52,242 nt of DNA, taken from positions 1-52,242 of the forward strand of contig JBNKCR010000009.1 of NCBI GenBank assembly GCA_050287845.1, in the 5' to 3' direction. Shown piece after piece: positions 19,088 through 28,327 of this stretch. Each line of letters starts with the position of its first letter. Within the stretch, counting starts at the first letter, position 1. Both the position numbers and the translations under genes were made by a program. Origin of the DNA: Polyangia bacterium (GTDB lineage: Bacteria > Myxococcota_A > Polyangia > JAAYKL01). The notes beneath the pieces were generated by a model. It was not told where the DNA came from. It was given only the letters and a program-made list of their open reading frames with translations, and made no database searches.

Positions 19088-22000
19088 TTGAGCATGGATT
19101 ACAATACTTTTTTTGACGTTCTGGAAACAAGGAAGAAAAATGATCCCAACGACATGTCTTATATTTTTCTTCAGGACGGAGAAACGGAACGTGAACTTTT
19201 AACATATGACGAGCTTTGGAATAAAGTCACTGCGGTTGGGGGGTATCTTCAGTTGTTCTGTCAGCCAGGAGAACGTGCGGTTTTACTATATCCATCCGGC
19301 ATTGATTTCATTGTTGCATTTCTCGGATGCATGGTGGCGGGTGTGATCGCCGTACCTGCATTTCCACCGCCTAAGAATCAGAAAATATCCCGACTGCATT
19401 CTATTTTAGAGGACTCCAGTCCATCTGTCATATTGACGCTAAGCTCACTGCATTCGCGTATATCAGATATGTTTGTAAATTCGGACAAGGATATTCGCTG
19501 CATCGCGTCCGATACCATTGACGACGCACACGGGGCTGACTGGAGAAGACCCAATATTGGCCCGGATACATTGGCGTTTCTCCAATACACATCTGGTTCC
19601 ACCGGCACGCCAAAGGGCGTAATGGTAAGTCATCGGAATATTCTTCACAACGAAGCGGCAATCTGCAGAGCATTTAAAAATTCCAAAGAAAGTGTTGGTG
19701 TTGGATGGTTACCTCTGTATCACGATATGGGATTGATAGGACATGTTCTGCAACCGTTGTATACCGGTTTCCCTTCGGTTATCATGTCTCCTGTTTCCTT
19801 TTTACAAAAGCCCGTGCGCTGGTTGCAAGCTATGTCGAAATATCGCGCAACCGCAAGCGGCGGACCCAATTTCGCATTTAATGTTTGTACTCAAAAAGTG
19901 ACAGAGGAGGACAAGACGTCTCTAAATCTTGAAAGTTGGGTTGTTGCTTTCAATGGCGCCGAAATGATTCGGAAGGAAACAATGGAAAAGTTTTCCAGAC
20001 ATTTCGAATCATGCGGGTTCAAGAGACAGTCTTTTTATCCGTGTTATGGCATGGCGGAAACCACACTTTTCACAACGGGTACATTTATTGAAAACTCTGC
20101 GCTACCGTCATTGTCGGTAAAACGATGTCAATTGCAACAGGACACCATTGTGCAGACGACGACAAACGACGAAGAGTCTCAGTGTGTCGTCAGTTGTGGT
20201 GCGTCATTCGAAGATACAGACGTGCGAATTGTACATCCCGTCACTTTTCAGGACTGTGCCGACGACAGGGTCGGTGAAATTTGGATTTCAGGCCCAAGTG
20301 TTGCCCAGGGATACTGGAATCGCGAGACAGAAACGAAAAAGGTCTTTCGCGCAAAAATGGCTGATAACGTTGACATTCCTTATCTGCGTACAGGCGATTT
20401 GGGTTTTCGTCACAACAATGAACTGTTTGTCACCGGACGATGTAAGGAGCTGATTATTATTCGAGGCCGAAATTATTATCCGCATGATATTGAAGATACA
20501 GTTGAGAAGTGCCATCCCGCGCTGCGACCGAATTGCTGCGCGGCGTGTTCCATTGAGATAGCGGGCAAGGAAAAGCTGCTCATTGTGCAGGAGGTTCAAA
20601 GAACATATATACGGAAACTCAAACCTGAAAAGGTTATTGGTGCTATTCGAAACGCTATTGTGAGTGAGCACGGTATAATGGATATCCATGCAGTTGTGCT
20701 GATAAAAACCGGGAGTATACCTAAAACGTCAAGTGGAAAAATTCAGCGATGGTTGTGCCACGATCAATTCGTTGGTGGAAAATTAAAAGTGCTTGGCACT
20801 GATCAGGCTTCGAACAGGGATACGCATGTGACATCCGGACCCAGACATCTTGGGATTTCAACTGACTCGGAAGCGTCCATGGCTTTAATTTCAAAAATGA
20901 ACCAGTTGATAAAGGACGGCAGTTATACCCAGGGAAATAATTTAAATATCACAGCTCTTGAGTGTCAGGAATGGTTGAAAAGAGAATTGGCAAGCCAGCT
21001 GTCAATAAGTGCTGAATTAATAGATCTGGATAAACGATTCGACAACTATGGTGTAGATTCCATTGTAGCCATCGGTATCGCCGGTAGTGCACAAAAGGCG
21101 TTCGATGTGGAGCTTTCCCTGGAATTGCTCGCAAGGTATCCGACTGTCAGGCTGTTGTCCGAGTACATTTCCAATGAATGTAAAAGAAGTTTTATGCCAG
21201 AAGATAATCACACATGGAATACACAAAACGAATTTGTGAAGCAGGAAATTTCGGAACATTTTTATCGAATAGATATGTGGCCCGAGGTAAAGGAATTGAA
21301 TGAACGAATAAACGAATTTGATCAACACTGGAATCCGTTTTTCAAGACTCATGAGGGAATTGCTTCCGCGACTACGCGAATTGAAAACAACACACTCATT
21401 AATTTTTCGTCGTACAATTACCTTGGTATGTCCGGCGACAAGTTTGTATCTGACGCTGCGATAAAAGCAATTGAACAATATGGTACATCGGTGTCCGCCA
21501 GCAGGGTCGTTTCCGGTGAAAAGCAGCTGCATCGTGAACTTGAAAATGAAATAGCCCAATTTATTGGTACTGAAGATTCGATGACTTACGTTGGAGGGCA
21601 CGCCACGAATGTGAGTACAATCGGTCATCTTTTTGGAAAGAAGGATCTCATTCTACACGATATTCTCAGCCATAACAGTATAGTGGAGGGGTGTAGACTT
21701 TCAGGTGCGACAATTCGTCCGTTTCCTCATAACGACTGGCAGGCACTGGACAATTTGTTGATTGAAAACAGACGGAATTATCAAAAAGTGTTAATAGCCC
21801 TTGAGGGGGTTTACAGTGCCGACGGGGATATTGCGCCGCTTCCGGATTTTGTAGAAATAAAAAAAAGACACAACGCATTGATGATGGTCGACGAAGCGCA
21901 TTCAATTGGCACCATTGGTACCCATGGCCGTGGTATCGGCGAGCACTTCAATATAGATCCGGAAGATGTCGACATATGGATGGGGACGTTAAGTAAGTCC

Positions 22001-22480
22001 TTTGCGAGTTGCGGTGGATATGTCGCCGGCTCTCACGCATTGATTGAATACTTAAAATACAGCAGTCCTGGTTTTGTTTTCAGTGTTGGGATGCCACCTT
22101 CCTGTGCGGCCGCGGCATTGGCGGCCATTCAGGTGTTGCGAAAAGAACCGGAAAGGGTGGACGTATTGAAAAAACGGTCCAGCCTGTTTCTAAAATTGTC
22201 GCGACAGCATCGCCTGGATACGGGACTCAGTGAGGGATCGCCAATCATTCCCGTGATTATTGGCAACTCGGCCCACACGGTGGCGGTTTCCAGGGCGCTT
22301 TATACAAACGGAATCAGTGTATCTCCTATGATTTATCCTTCAGTGCCTGAGAATGCCGCGCGCTTGCGGTTTTTTTTAAACTGCAATCATTCAGAAGAGC
22401 AAATCCGCCGAACTGTAGAATTGACCGCCAGTGAAGTACTGGCAACTGAAGCGGATCAGCGTGAAAGAAATTGTGGGTGA
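19088..22480 (+). CDS. Tridomain fatty acyl-AMP ligase - acyl carrier protein - PLP alpha-oxoamine synthase (SPT/BioF-like)
   Basis: FAAL: FLQYTSGSTGTPKGV, WLPLYHDMGLIG, CYGMAETTL, YLRTGDLG, GRNYYPHDIE, IPKTSSGKIQR. ACP: YGVDSI. AOS: NFSSYNYLG, SHNS, EGVYSADGD, VDEAHS, GTLSKS. AGGAG RBS before TTG. Confidence 0.95.
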   Translation: MSMDYNTFFDVLETRKKNDPNDMSYIFLQDGETERELLTYDELWNKVTAVGGYLQLFCQPGERAVLLYPSGIDFIVAFLGCMVAGVIAVPAFPPPKNQKISRLHSILEDSSPSVILTLSSLHSRISDMFVNSDKDIRCIASDTIDDAHGADWRRPNIGPDTLAFLQYTSGSTGTPKGVMVSHRNILHNEAAICRAFKNSKESVGVGWLPLYHDMGLIGHVLQPLYTGFPSVIMSPVSFLQKPVRWLQAMSKYRATASGGPNFAFNVCTQKVTEEDKTSLNLESWVVAFNGAEMIRKETMEKFSRHFESCGFKRQSFYPCYGMAETTLFTTGTFIENSALPSLSVKRCQLQQDTIVQTTTNDEESQCVVSCGASFEDTDVRIVHPVTFQDCADDRVGEIWISGPSVAQGYWNRETETKKVFRAKMADNVDIPYLRTGDLGFRHNNELFVTGRCKELIIIRGRNYYPHDIEDTVEKCHPALRPNCCAACSIEIAGKEKLLIVQEVQRTYIRKLKPEKVIGAIRNAIVSEHGIMDIHAVVLIKTGSIPKTSSGKIQRWLCHDQFVGGKLKVLGTDQASNRDTHVTSGPRHLGISTDSEASMALISKMNQLIKDGSYTQGNNLNITALECQEWLKRELASQLSISAELIDLDKRFDNYGVDSIVAIGIAGSAQKAFDVELSLELLARYPTVRLLSEYISNECKRSFMPEDNHTWNTQNEFVKQEISEHFYRIDMWPEVKELNERINEFDQHWNPFFKTHEGIASATTRIENNTLINFSSYNYLGMSGDKFVSDAAIKAIEQYGTSVSASRVVSGEKQLHRELENEIAQFIGTEDSMTYVGGHATNVSTIGHLFGKKDLILHDILSHNSIVEGCRLSGATIRPFPHNDWQALDNLLIENRRNYQKVLIALEGVYSADGDIAPLPDFVEIKKRHNALMMVDEAHSIGTIGTHGRGIGEHFNIDPEDVDIWMGTLSKSFASCGGYVAGSHALIEYLKYSSPGFVFSVGMPPSCAAAALAAIQVLRKEPERVDVLKKRSSLFLKLSRQHRLDTGLSEGSPIIPVIIGNSAHTVAVSRALYTNGISVSPMIYPSVPENAARLRFFLNCNHSEEQIRRTVELTASEVLATEADQRERNCG

Positions 22481-22728
22481 TTTCGTATAAAAGGGAACGT
22501 ACGGGACGTTGTTAATTTAGTTAATTTATTAACAGTTTTTTAAATCAAATACCTTCACCCCTCCATGGGGTTCCATTTTAGAAACAGATCTGCTCCGTAG
22601 GCGGAACTGCGGCTGCCTCAGGGGCTTGGTCGCTATTGCCTAAAACAGCGTTGAGCCCCCATTGCACGCCCACCTCGTCGCCAGGATCAAAGTGCTCTCC
22701 GGATAAATGCTATTTTCCTGGGCATGAA

Positions 22729-22803
22729 CGTAAACGTGGGCGAAAAATCAGCAATTATGCTGAATGGAAGGTAGAAGCGACAGGGCTTTTAAAATACCTG
22801 ATT
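22729..22803 (+). promoter_or_regulatory. 75-bp duplicated upstream element, copy 1, with TCAGCA-N4-TGCTGA palindrome
   Basis: 63/75 identical, ungapped, to 26944-27018 by manual alignment. Confidence 0.75.
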
Positions 22804-22974
22804 GGAATGCCTGATTGGTCAACATGGCAGGACAGTTACGATTCCATCAAAGTTATTTATATTGCTTGCCCAGTTTTATCATCTGTGAAAACACGGGCGC
22901 ACAGTGTACCCGTTTGTAACGAGGACCCCACTTGCTTCACCAATAAAAGATTTTTAAAAAAGAGAGGTTTTCCT

Positions 22975-25900
22975 GTGATCAGAATTAATTTATTTCGACA
23001 AAAGGTTCACGACTCAACGCGAATTCGACGGCCCGTCATGTTGCTTTGCCTGACGGCACTCTGGATATTTGCCATTCCTGGCGGTCCGCAATCCGGTCGT
23101 GCATCGGACGCTCCACCGGACGCGCTGTCTGTGAATGGAATCGGCACTGCGGTTGATCTTGATGTTGCGCCTCGCTTTGGATGGCATGTGAACACCACCT
23201 GGCAGACCGCTTATGAAATCCGGGTGGCGTCCACCAGAGACGCGGCACAACAGGCCATTGGAGATGTATGGTCTTCGGGAAAGGTATCATCGTCTGCGCA
23301 AAACGACGTTCTTTATACCGGCGACGCGCTTGCGCCAGCGACGCGGTATTTCTGGACAGTCAGAACGTGGGATGCCAGGGGACGGGAATCGAACTGGTCG
23401 AAGGTGGCGTCGTTTGGCACAGGCCCAGGCGAAACATGGACTCATTCCACGCCAATCTGGGCCGCCCCCGTCAATCAGGAGCCGGGTGATTACATCCTGA
23501 CGGCGCAAATGACAATCAATGAAACCGCCCTGGGCATTCGATTCCGCTCTCCAGACACTCGAAACGGCTACATGTGGCAGTTTCGCGGCAGTGACAATCG
23601 GCTGGTCCCCCACATTCAGGTCAATGGGGGCTTCACTGCTCTTGCGGGAATAGACCTTCCGGCTGGCACACTGACGATTGGCGACGAAGTGGAAATCAGC
23701 ATCGAGGCCAGAGGGGCCATGATTGAGACACGCATCGATGGGGTGCTGGTCCATTCCATGATGGACACAACATTTCACACCGGCGGTGTGGGCGTTCGAA
23801 CAGGCAATTATGAATCGGGCGCACTCTCGTCTGTGTCACTGGTGGACACTCGTGGCGAGACCCTCTTTTACACGGATTTCAGCGACGGCGACAGTCCCAT
23901 TCCCTGCGGTACCGTGGTGGACGGTGCGCTGCAGATTCCCAGGGCCAGCAATTGCGCGTATCAGCGCTTCGGCGATTATGCGCTCACGGTCGACCTCACC
24001 ATCGACGAAGTGGCCCTCGGACTCCGGTTTCGCTCTCCCGATACGTCCAACGGCTACATGTGGCAATTCCGTGGTGCGGACAACCGTCTGGTTCCCCATC
24101 TGCAGGTCAACGGGGGATTCTCCACTTTTGCCGCTGTGGACCTGCCGGACGGGACATTGGCCATTGGTAAAAAAGTGCAGGTGCGCATCGAAGCGAAGGG
24201 GGCGTTGATTCAGACGTTTATAGACGGCGTCCCGGTTCACTCGCTGCAGGACACCACCTTTTCCGGAGGCGGCATCGGTGTTCGCACGGGAAACTATGAG
24301 TCAGGCGCCATCGACTCTCTCTATCTTGTCGATACCAGCGGCACGACGCTGCTTTCAACAGATTTCCAAAGTGGAGATCGCACCATTGCCTGCGGCATTG
24401 CAACTGATGGTGCGCTTCGTGTCCCCCGTGCCAGCAATTGCCTCAATTCGGGTCTCAATGTGGACTGGGCTTTTGTTCGCAAGGAGTTTCACCTTGGCAG
24501 CGCTCCCATCGCTGCTGCCACCGTGTACGCCACCTCGACCAACCCGCTGGCATCCAGACAATACGTGTACAAACTCTTTTTAAACGGTCAGTTCGTTGGT
24601 CTGGGTCCCACCCGTCCCATTGGCGACGAAAACCGGTTTGACGGATTCGATGTTACCCACCTGCTGCAGGGCGAAAGTGCCAATGCGCTGGCGGCAATCG
24701 CATACACCCGGGATGGCCAGACCTTCCAGGCGGAACTGGTGGTGACCCACACCGACGGAACAGAGGAAGTGATTGGCACCGACAACACCTGGACGGCAAT
24801 ACCCGGGGATACGGTTTTCCCCGCCGCTGGAAGTATAGGAACAAACTACTATGCTGCACCCAGAGAAAACTTCAGCGCGCTTTACTACCCCTATGGATTC
24901 GATACGCCCGGGTTTGACGACTCCACCTGGAAAAACGCGGTGGAGAAGGGCGCCATTGGGAATCTCAAAGCCGCGCCCATGGCCAAAGTGCAACAGCAGC
25001 TACACCCGCCGGTAGCGATTGTCGATAAAGGGGCGGGCAACTACTTTGTTGATTTTGGGCGCACCTGGGTGGGCGGTATTCGCTACGACATTGCCGCCGG
25101 CGCAGCGGGGCAAACCATTGATGTGCGCTTTGGCGAAGTGCCATCCGCAAAAAATACGGTTCGGTATCAATTGAACACGGGCAACACGTACCAGGATATT
25201 TACACCATGCGCGACGGTGCGCAGACGTTCCAGACATGGGGGATGCGCGTATTCCGATACGTTGAAATCATTGGCGCCCCCGAGCCGGTCACTGCACAGA
25301 ATCTTCAGGCGCTGGCGCTGGTTTACCCGTTCGACAATGCCGAAGCCACGTTTACCGCATCGGATAAAAACCTGGAGGCGGTGTGGCAATTGTCCAAAAA
25401 CACCATCGAGGCGGTCAATGTGAACTTTTACACGGATTCCTGGACACGGGAACGGGAGAATTACGAAGCAGACGCCTATTTGCAACTGCTTTCAACGCTG
25501 TACCTTTCAAGCGACCTTTCTCTGGGCCGCTACAGCATTGACTATTTCCAGAACCACCGCACCTGGCCCACGGAATGGCCTCTTTACGTGATTCTGGCGG
25601 TGCACGATGCCTGGCGTCAAACAGGGGAAAAGGGACAGCTGCAAACGGTGTACGAGAATCTGAAAGCCAAACTCCCCGACAGCTGGTACGATACCGATAT
25701 TCAGCTGATTGGCAAAGCCGGCGGTTCAAATGGCTGCAACAGCGCCACCGACTGCGACATCGTGGACTGGCCGGCGTCGCAGCGGGATGGGTATGTGTTT
25801 GCCCATTACAATACGGTTCTGAACGCCCTGAGCTATCGCGCATACAGAGACATGGCGGACATCGCTGCGGCCATCGGTGAAGACGGTGACGCCGTGGCAT

Positions 25901-26760
25901 TTGCCAGCCGGGCCGATGCACTGCGCGAAGGGTTAAACAGTCACCTCTATGTGGCGGACACCGGAAGGTACGACGACGGAATGGATGCCAATGGCAATCT
26001 GACCGGGCACTCGTCTTTGCACGCCAACGCGTTTCCATTGGCATTTGAGGTTCCCAGTGACGCGATAACTCCCGCTGTTGCTGACTATGTGGCATCCAGG
26101 GGAATGGCGTGCAGCGTTTACGGCGCCGCATTCCTGTTGGATGGATTGTATAACGCCGGCGAAGACACTGCCGCATTGGACCTGCTCACCTCCACGGAAA
26201 CCGCCAGCTGGATGAACATGATATCGCTGGGCGCAGGCGCTGTGGCCGAAGCCTGGGATCCTTCCATGAAAAATAATCTTACATACTCCCATCCCTGGGC
26301 AGCATCCCCTGCTTTTGTGGTGCCTTCCGGACTCTTTGGCATTGAACCCCTCGAGACCGGGTACGCCAGCTTCCGCATCAAGCCGCAACCGGCGATTCTC
26401 GAATATGCCGCCATAAAGGTGCCCACCGTTCGAGGCACCATTGGCGCATCTTTCAACCGAAGCGAGGCCGGACATTTCCAACTGGCTGTACAAATCCCTG
26501 GCAACACAGCCGCCGAAATATCCATTCCGGTGCCTGAGGGAACCACCACCTTATATGTGGATCTCAAACCGCAAACGGTCACCACTCAAAACGGCTACGC
26601 TGAGGTGACCAATGTCACCGCCGGCTGCCACGTGATCAGTGCCGAAGCCAACTGGGATGCCTTTGAAGACGCCCCCCTGCTTCAGGTGTGCACCGATTCA
26701 CCCGCCGTCGGATATCCCGATGTCTTCAGCTGCAACGGCCGAATCAATTATGGTTGGTAA
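22975..26760 (+). CDS. Secreted alpha-L-rhamnosidase, GH78, with a tandem-duplicated inserted beta-domain
   Basis: PRFGW..QTAYEI.V...VW.SGKV; YFWTVRTWD; YFVDFG; FRYVEI; TDSWTRER; IVDWP; AEAWD; SHPWAASP; IKPQP. GAGAGG before GTG 22975, followed by a signal-like segment. Confidence 0.9.
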   Translation: MIRINLFRQKVHDSTRIRRPVMLLCLTALWIFAIPGGPQSGRASDAPPDALSVNGIGTAVDLDVAPRFGWHVNTTWQTAYEIRVASTRDAAQQAIGDVWSSGKVSSSAQNDVLYTGDALAPATRYFWTVRTWDARGRESNWSKVASFGTGPGETWTHSTPIWAAPVNQEPGDYILTAQMTINETALGIRFRSPDTRNGYMWQFRGSDNRLVPHIQVNGGFTALAGIDLPAGTLTIGDEVEISIEARGAMIETRIDGVLVHSMMDTTFHTGGVGVRTGNYESGALSSVSLVDTRGETLFYTDFSDGDSPIPCGTVVDGALQIPRASNCAYQRFGDYALTVDLTIDEVALGLRFRSPDTSNGYMWQFRGADNRLVPHLQVNGGFSTFAAVDLPDGTLAIGKKVQVRIEAKGALIQTFIDGVPVHSLQDTTFSGGGIGVRTGNYESGAIDSLYLVDTSGTTLLSTDFQSGDRTIACGIATDGALRVPRASNCLNSGLNVDWAFVRKEFHLGSAPIAAATVYATSTNPLASRQYVYKLFLNGQFVGLGPTRPIGDENRFDGFDVTHLLQGESANALAAIAYTRDGQTFQAELVVTHTDGTEEVIGTDNTWTAIPGDTVFPAAGSIGTNYYAAPRENFSALYYPYGFDTPGFDDSTWKNAVEKGAIGNLKAAPMAKVQQQLHPPVAIVDKGAGNYFVDFGRTWVGGIRYDIAAGAAGQTIDVRFGEVPSAKNTVRYQLNTGNTYQDIYTMRDGAQTFQTWGMRVFRYVEIIGAPEPVTAQNLQALALVYPFDNAEATFTASDKNLEAVWQLSKNTIEAVNVNFYTDSWTRERENYEADAYLQLLSTLYLSSDLSLGRYSIDYFQNHRTWPTEWPLYVILAVHDAWRQTGEKGQLQTVYENLKAKLPDSWYDTDIQLIGKAGGSNGCNSATDCDIVDWPASQRDGYVFAHYNTVLNALSYRAYRDMADIAAAIGEDGDAVAFASRADALREGLNSHLYVADTGRYDDGMDANGNLTGHSSLHANAFPLAFEVPSDAITPAVADYVASRGMACSVYGAAFLLDGLYNAGEDTAALDLLTSTETASWMNMISLGAGAVAEAWDPSMKNNLTYSHPWAASPAFVVPSGLFGIEPLETGYASFRIKPQPAILEYAAIKVPTVRGTIGASFNRSEAGHFQLAVQIPGNTAAEISIPVPEGTTTLYVDLKPQTVTTQNGYAEVTNVTAGCHVISAEANWDAFEDAPLLQVCTDSPAVGYPDVFSCNGRINYGW
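23485..24440 (+). repeat. Intragenic tandem duplication of a ~162-aa domain (486-nt period)
   Basis: GDY.LT..TI.E.ALG.RFRSPDT.NGYMWQFRG.DNRLVPH.QVNGGF ... PRASNC occurs at 23485 and at 23971. Confidence 0.95.
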
Positions 26761-26943
26761 GCACCACCGGCGGATTGCAACCACGCCTGACCCTCCATGC
26801 AATTTACTCTAATCCGACGCGATGGACACCACCTGAAAAGTTGTTTGTGACAAGAATCGACGACAGGTCGCCGATTCGTCTGCAGCATCCACACTGCCTG
26901 GCATCGCAATTTCAGTAACGGCCAGAAATTTGCCCTCGATCAC

Positions 26944-27018
26944 CGTAAATGTGGGTAAAAAATTAGCAATTATGCTGAATGGATGGTAGAAGCGGCATCA
27001 CTTTCAAAATGTCTGATT
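26944..27018 (+). promoter_or_regulatory. 75-bp duplicated upstream element, copy 2
   Basis: cgtaaatgtgggtaaaaaattagcaattatgctgaatggatggtagaagcg...; 84% identical to 22729-22803. Confidence 0.75.
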
Positions 27019-27078
27019 TTACTGTCGTTTATTTGTCGACACAATAAATGCAGGGGTGACCTTGCAGAAAGGGAATAG

Positions 27079-27126
27079 ACTTTATTATGAACTTTATTAT
27101 GAACCTTATTATGAACTTTATTATGA
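27079..27126 (+). repeat. 4 x 12-bp tandem repeat ACTTTATTATGA spanning the start codon
   Basis: actttattatga actttattatga accttattatga actttattatga; each unit has an in-frame ATG. Confidence 0.95.
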
Positions 27127-28142
27127 ACAGCCAAAATATCAGCTGCCGTGCGGTGAGAAGCGCGGTAGTTCTGGCGGTGGTATCCGCAGTGTCAGGCACT
27201 GCTTTCGCGCAGACCAGGTCAATGCATGATCTTGGTACGTTGGGGGGAGCGTCGAGTTTCGCAACCGCTATCAATGAAAACAACATCGTGGTGGGGCGCT
27301 CCGATGCAGCCAACGGCGACACGCACGCGTTTGTCTACAGGTCCTGGACGGGGATGGAAGATCTCGGGACTTTAGGCGGGAATTACAGCGATGCCGCCGC
27401 CATCAGCAACAGCGGAATTGCTGTCGGCACTGCCGAGGCAAGCGCAGGCGACTACTGCGGCAAGCCGGTTACCTGGGACACCAACAATGGTAACACCATC
27501 TCTACTCTTCCGGAATTGCCGCCCAATCCGTTCCTTCCGTGCAGCCACCCCATGGCTATCAACGATAGTGGAGTGATTGCCGGGAACAGCGCCGGAAAGG
27601 CCGTGCGGTGGATCGGCGGTCAAATTGAAACGCTGTATTCGATAGAGAGAACAAATTGCTGGGGCGCAGACATCAACTCTGCGGGAGAAGTTCTCATCCA
27701 GTGTGTTGGTTGGACTCCGCGAGGCTTTGTCTGGCACAACGGCCAGGTTACCGAAATCGAAAACTGGGGTACGAACACCTTTTCGGTGAACGCCATCAAC
27801 GACCAGGGTGTGGTGGTCGGCTATGGTCAACGCCCGGACGGGAGCTTTGCCGCCTTTTCGTGGGACAATGGCGTGCTGAGCGATTTGGCAACGTTTGGCG
27901 GGTACGCCAACGCCAGCGACATCAGCGAAAGTGGGGTGATTGCTGGTGAAGCAACCATTGACGGCGCTATGCATGCGGTGTGGTGGAATTGGAACGGCCA
28001 AATTGAGGATCTGGGAACTCTGTCGGACAGTAACTTCAGCGCGGCTTTTGGCACTACCAGCGGCGGCATAGTAACAGGCGTCAGTTACGTGGATACCGGC
28101 AATAGCCAGACCAACGGCTTCCACGCCGTCGTCTGGCAGTAA
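27087..28142 (+). CDS. Secreted HAF-repeat (probable extracellular repeat) protein
   Basis: Signal peptide ending AFA; repeats DLGTLGG.SS.A.AIN..VVG.S....HAF. Confidence 0.9.
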   Translation: MNFIMNLIMNFIMNSQNISCRAVRSAVVLAVVSAVSGTAFAQTRSMHDLGTLGGASSFATAINENNIVVGRSDAANGDTHAFVYRSWTGMEDLGTLGGNYSDAAAISNSGIAVGTAEASAGDYCGKPVTWDTNNGNTISTLPELPPNPFLPCSHPMAINDSGVIAGNSAGKAVRWIGGQIETLYSIERTNCWGADINSAGEVLIQCVGWTPRGFVWHNGQVTEIENWGTNTFSVNAINDQGVVVGYGQRPDGSFAAFSWDNGVLSDLATFGGYANASDISESGVIAGEATIDGAMHAVWWNWNGQIEDLGTLSDSNFSAAFGTTSGGIVTGVSYVDTGNSQTNGFHAVVWQ

Positions 28143-28147
28143 GTCAA

Positions 28148-28168
28148 CTCCACCTGGAGGGGGTGGAG
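28148..28168. terminator. Hairpin between convergent genes, possible terminator
   Basis: CTCCACC-N7-GGTGGAG directly after the HAF gene stop; no clear U-tract. Confidence 0.3.
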
Positions 28169-28327
28169 CCGAACATCTGAATTCTGCTATTGCATGCCAA
28201 TCAAGTGAATCGTCCGACTTTTTTCAATGCGTCCTTCTTGGCCTGGTATTGACCTGATGGTCAGCATGAAATAATCACTCTCAGCGAAATGTAGGGGAAA
28301 TGGTGGTCTGCCACCTGCAGGAACTGT

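Noticed and set aside
21300..22480. Calling the PLP domain bioF (biotin synthesis)
   Set aside because: It is fused to FAAL-ACP, has a GTLSKS motif and has no bio genes nearby.
22636..22974. 113-aa N-terminal extension of the GH78 ORF in the ORF track
   Set aside because: Covers the duplicated upstream element; a better RBS and signal-like segment follow GTG 22975.
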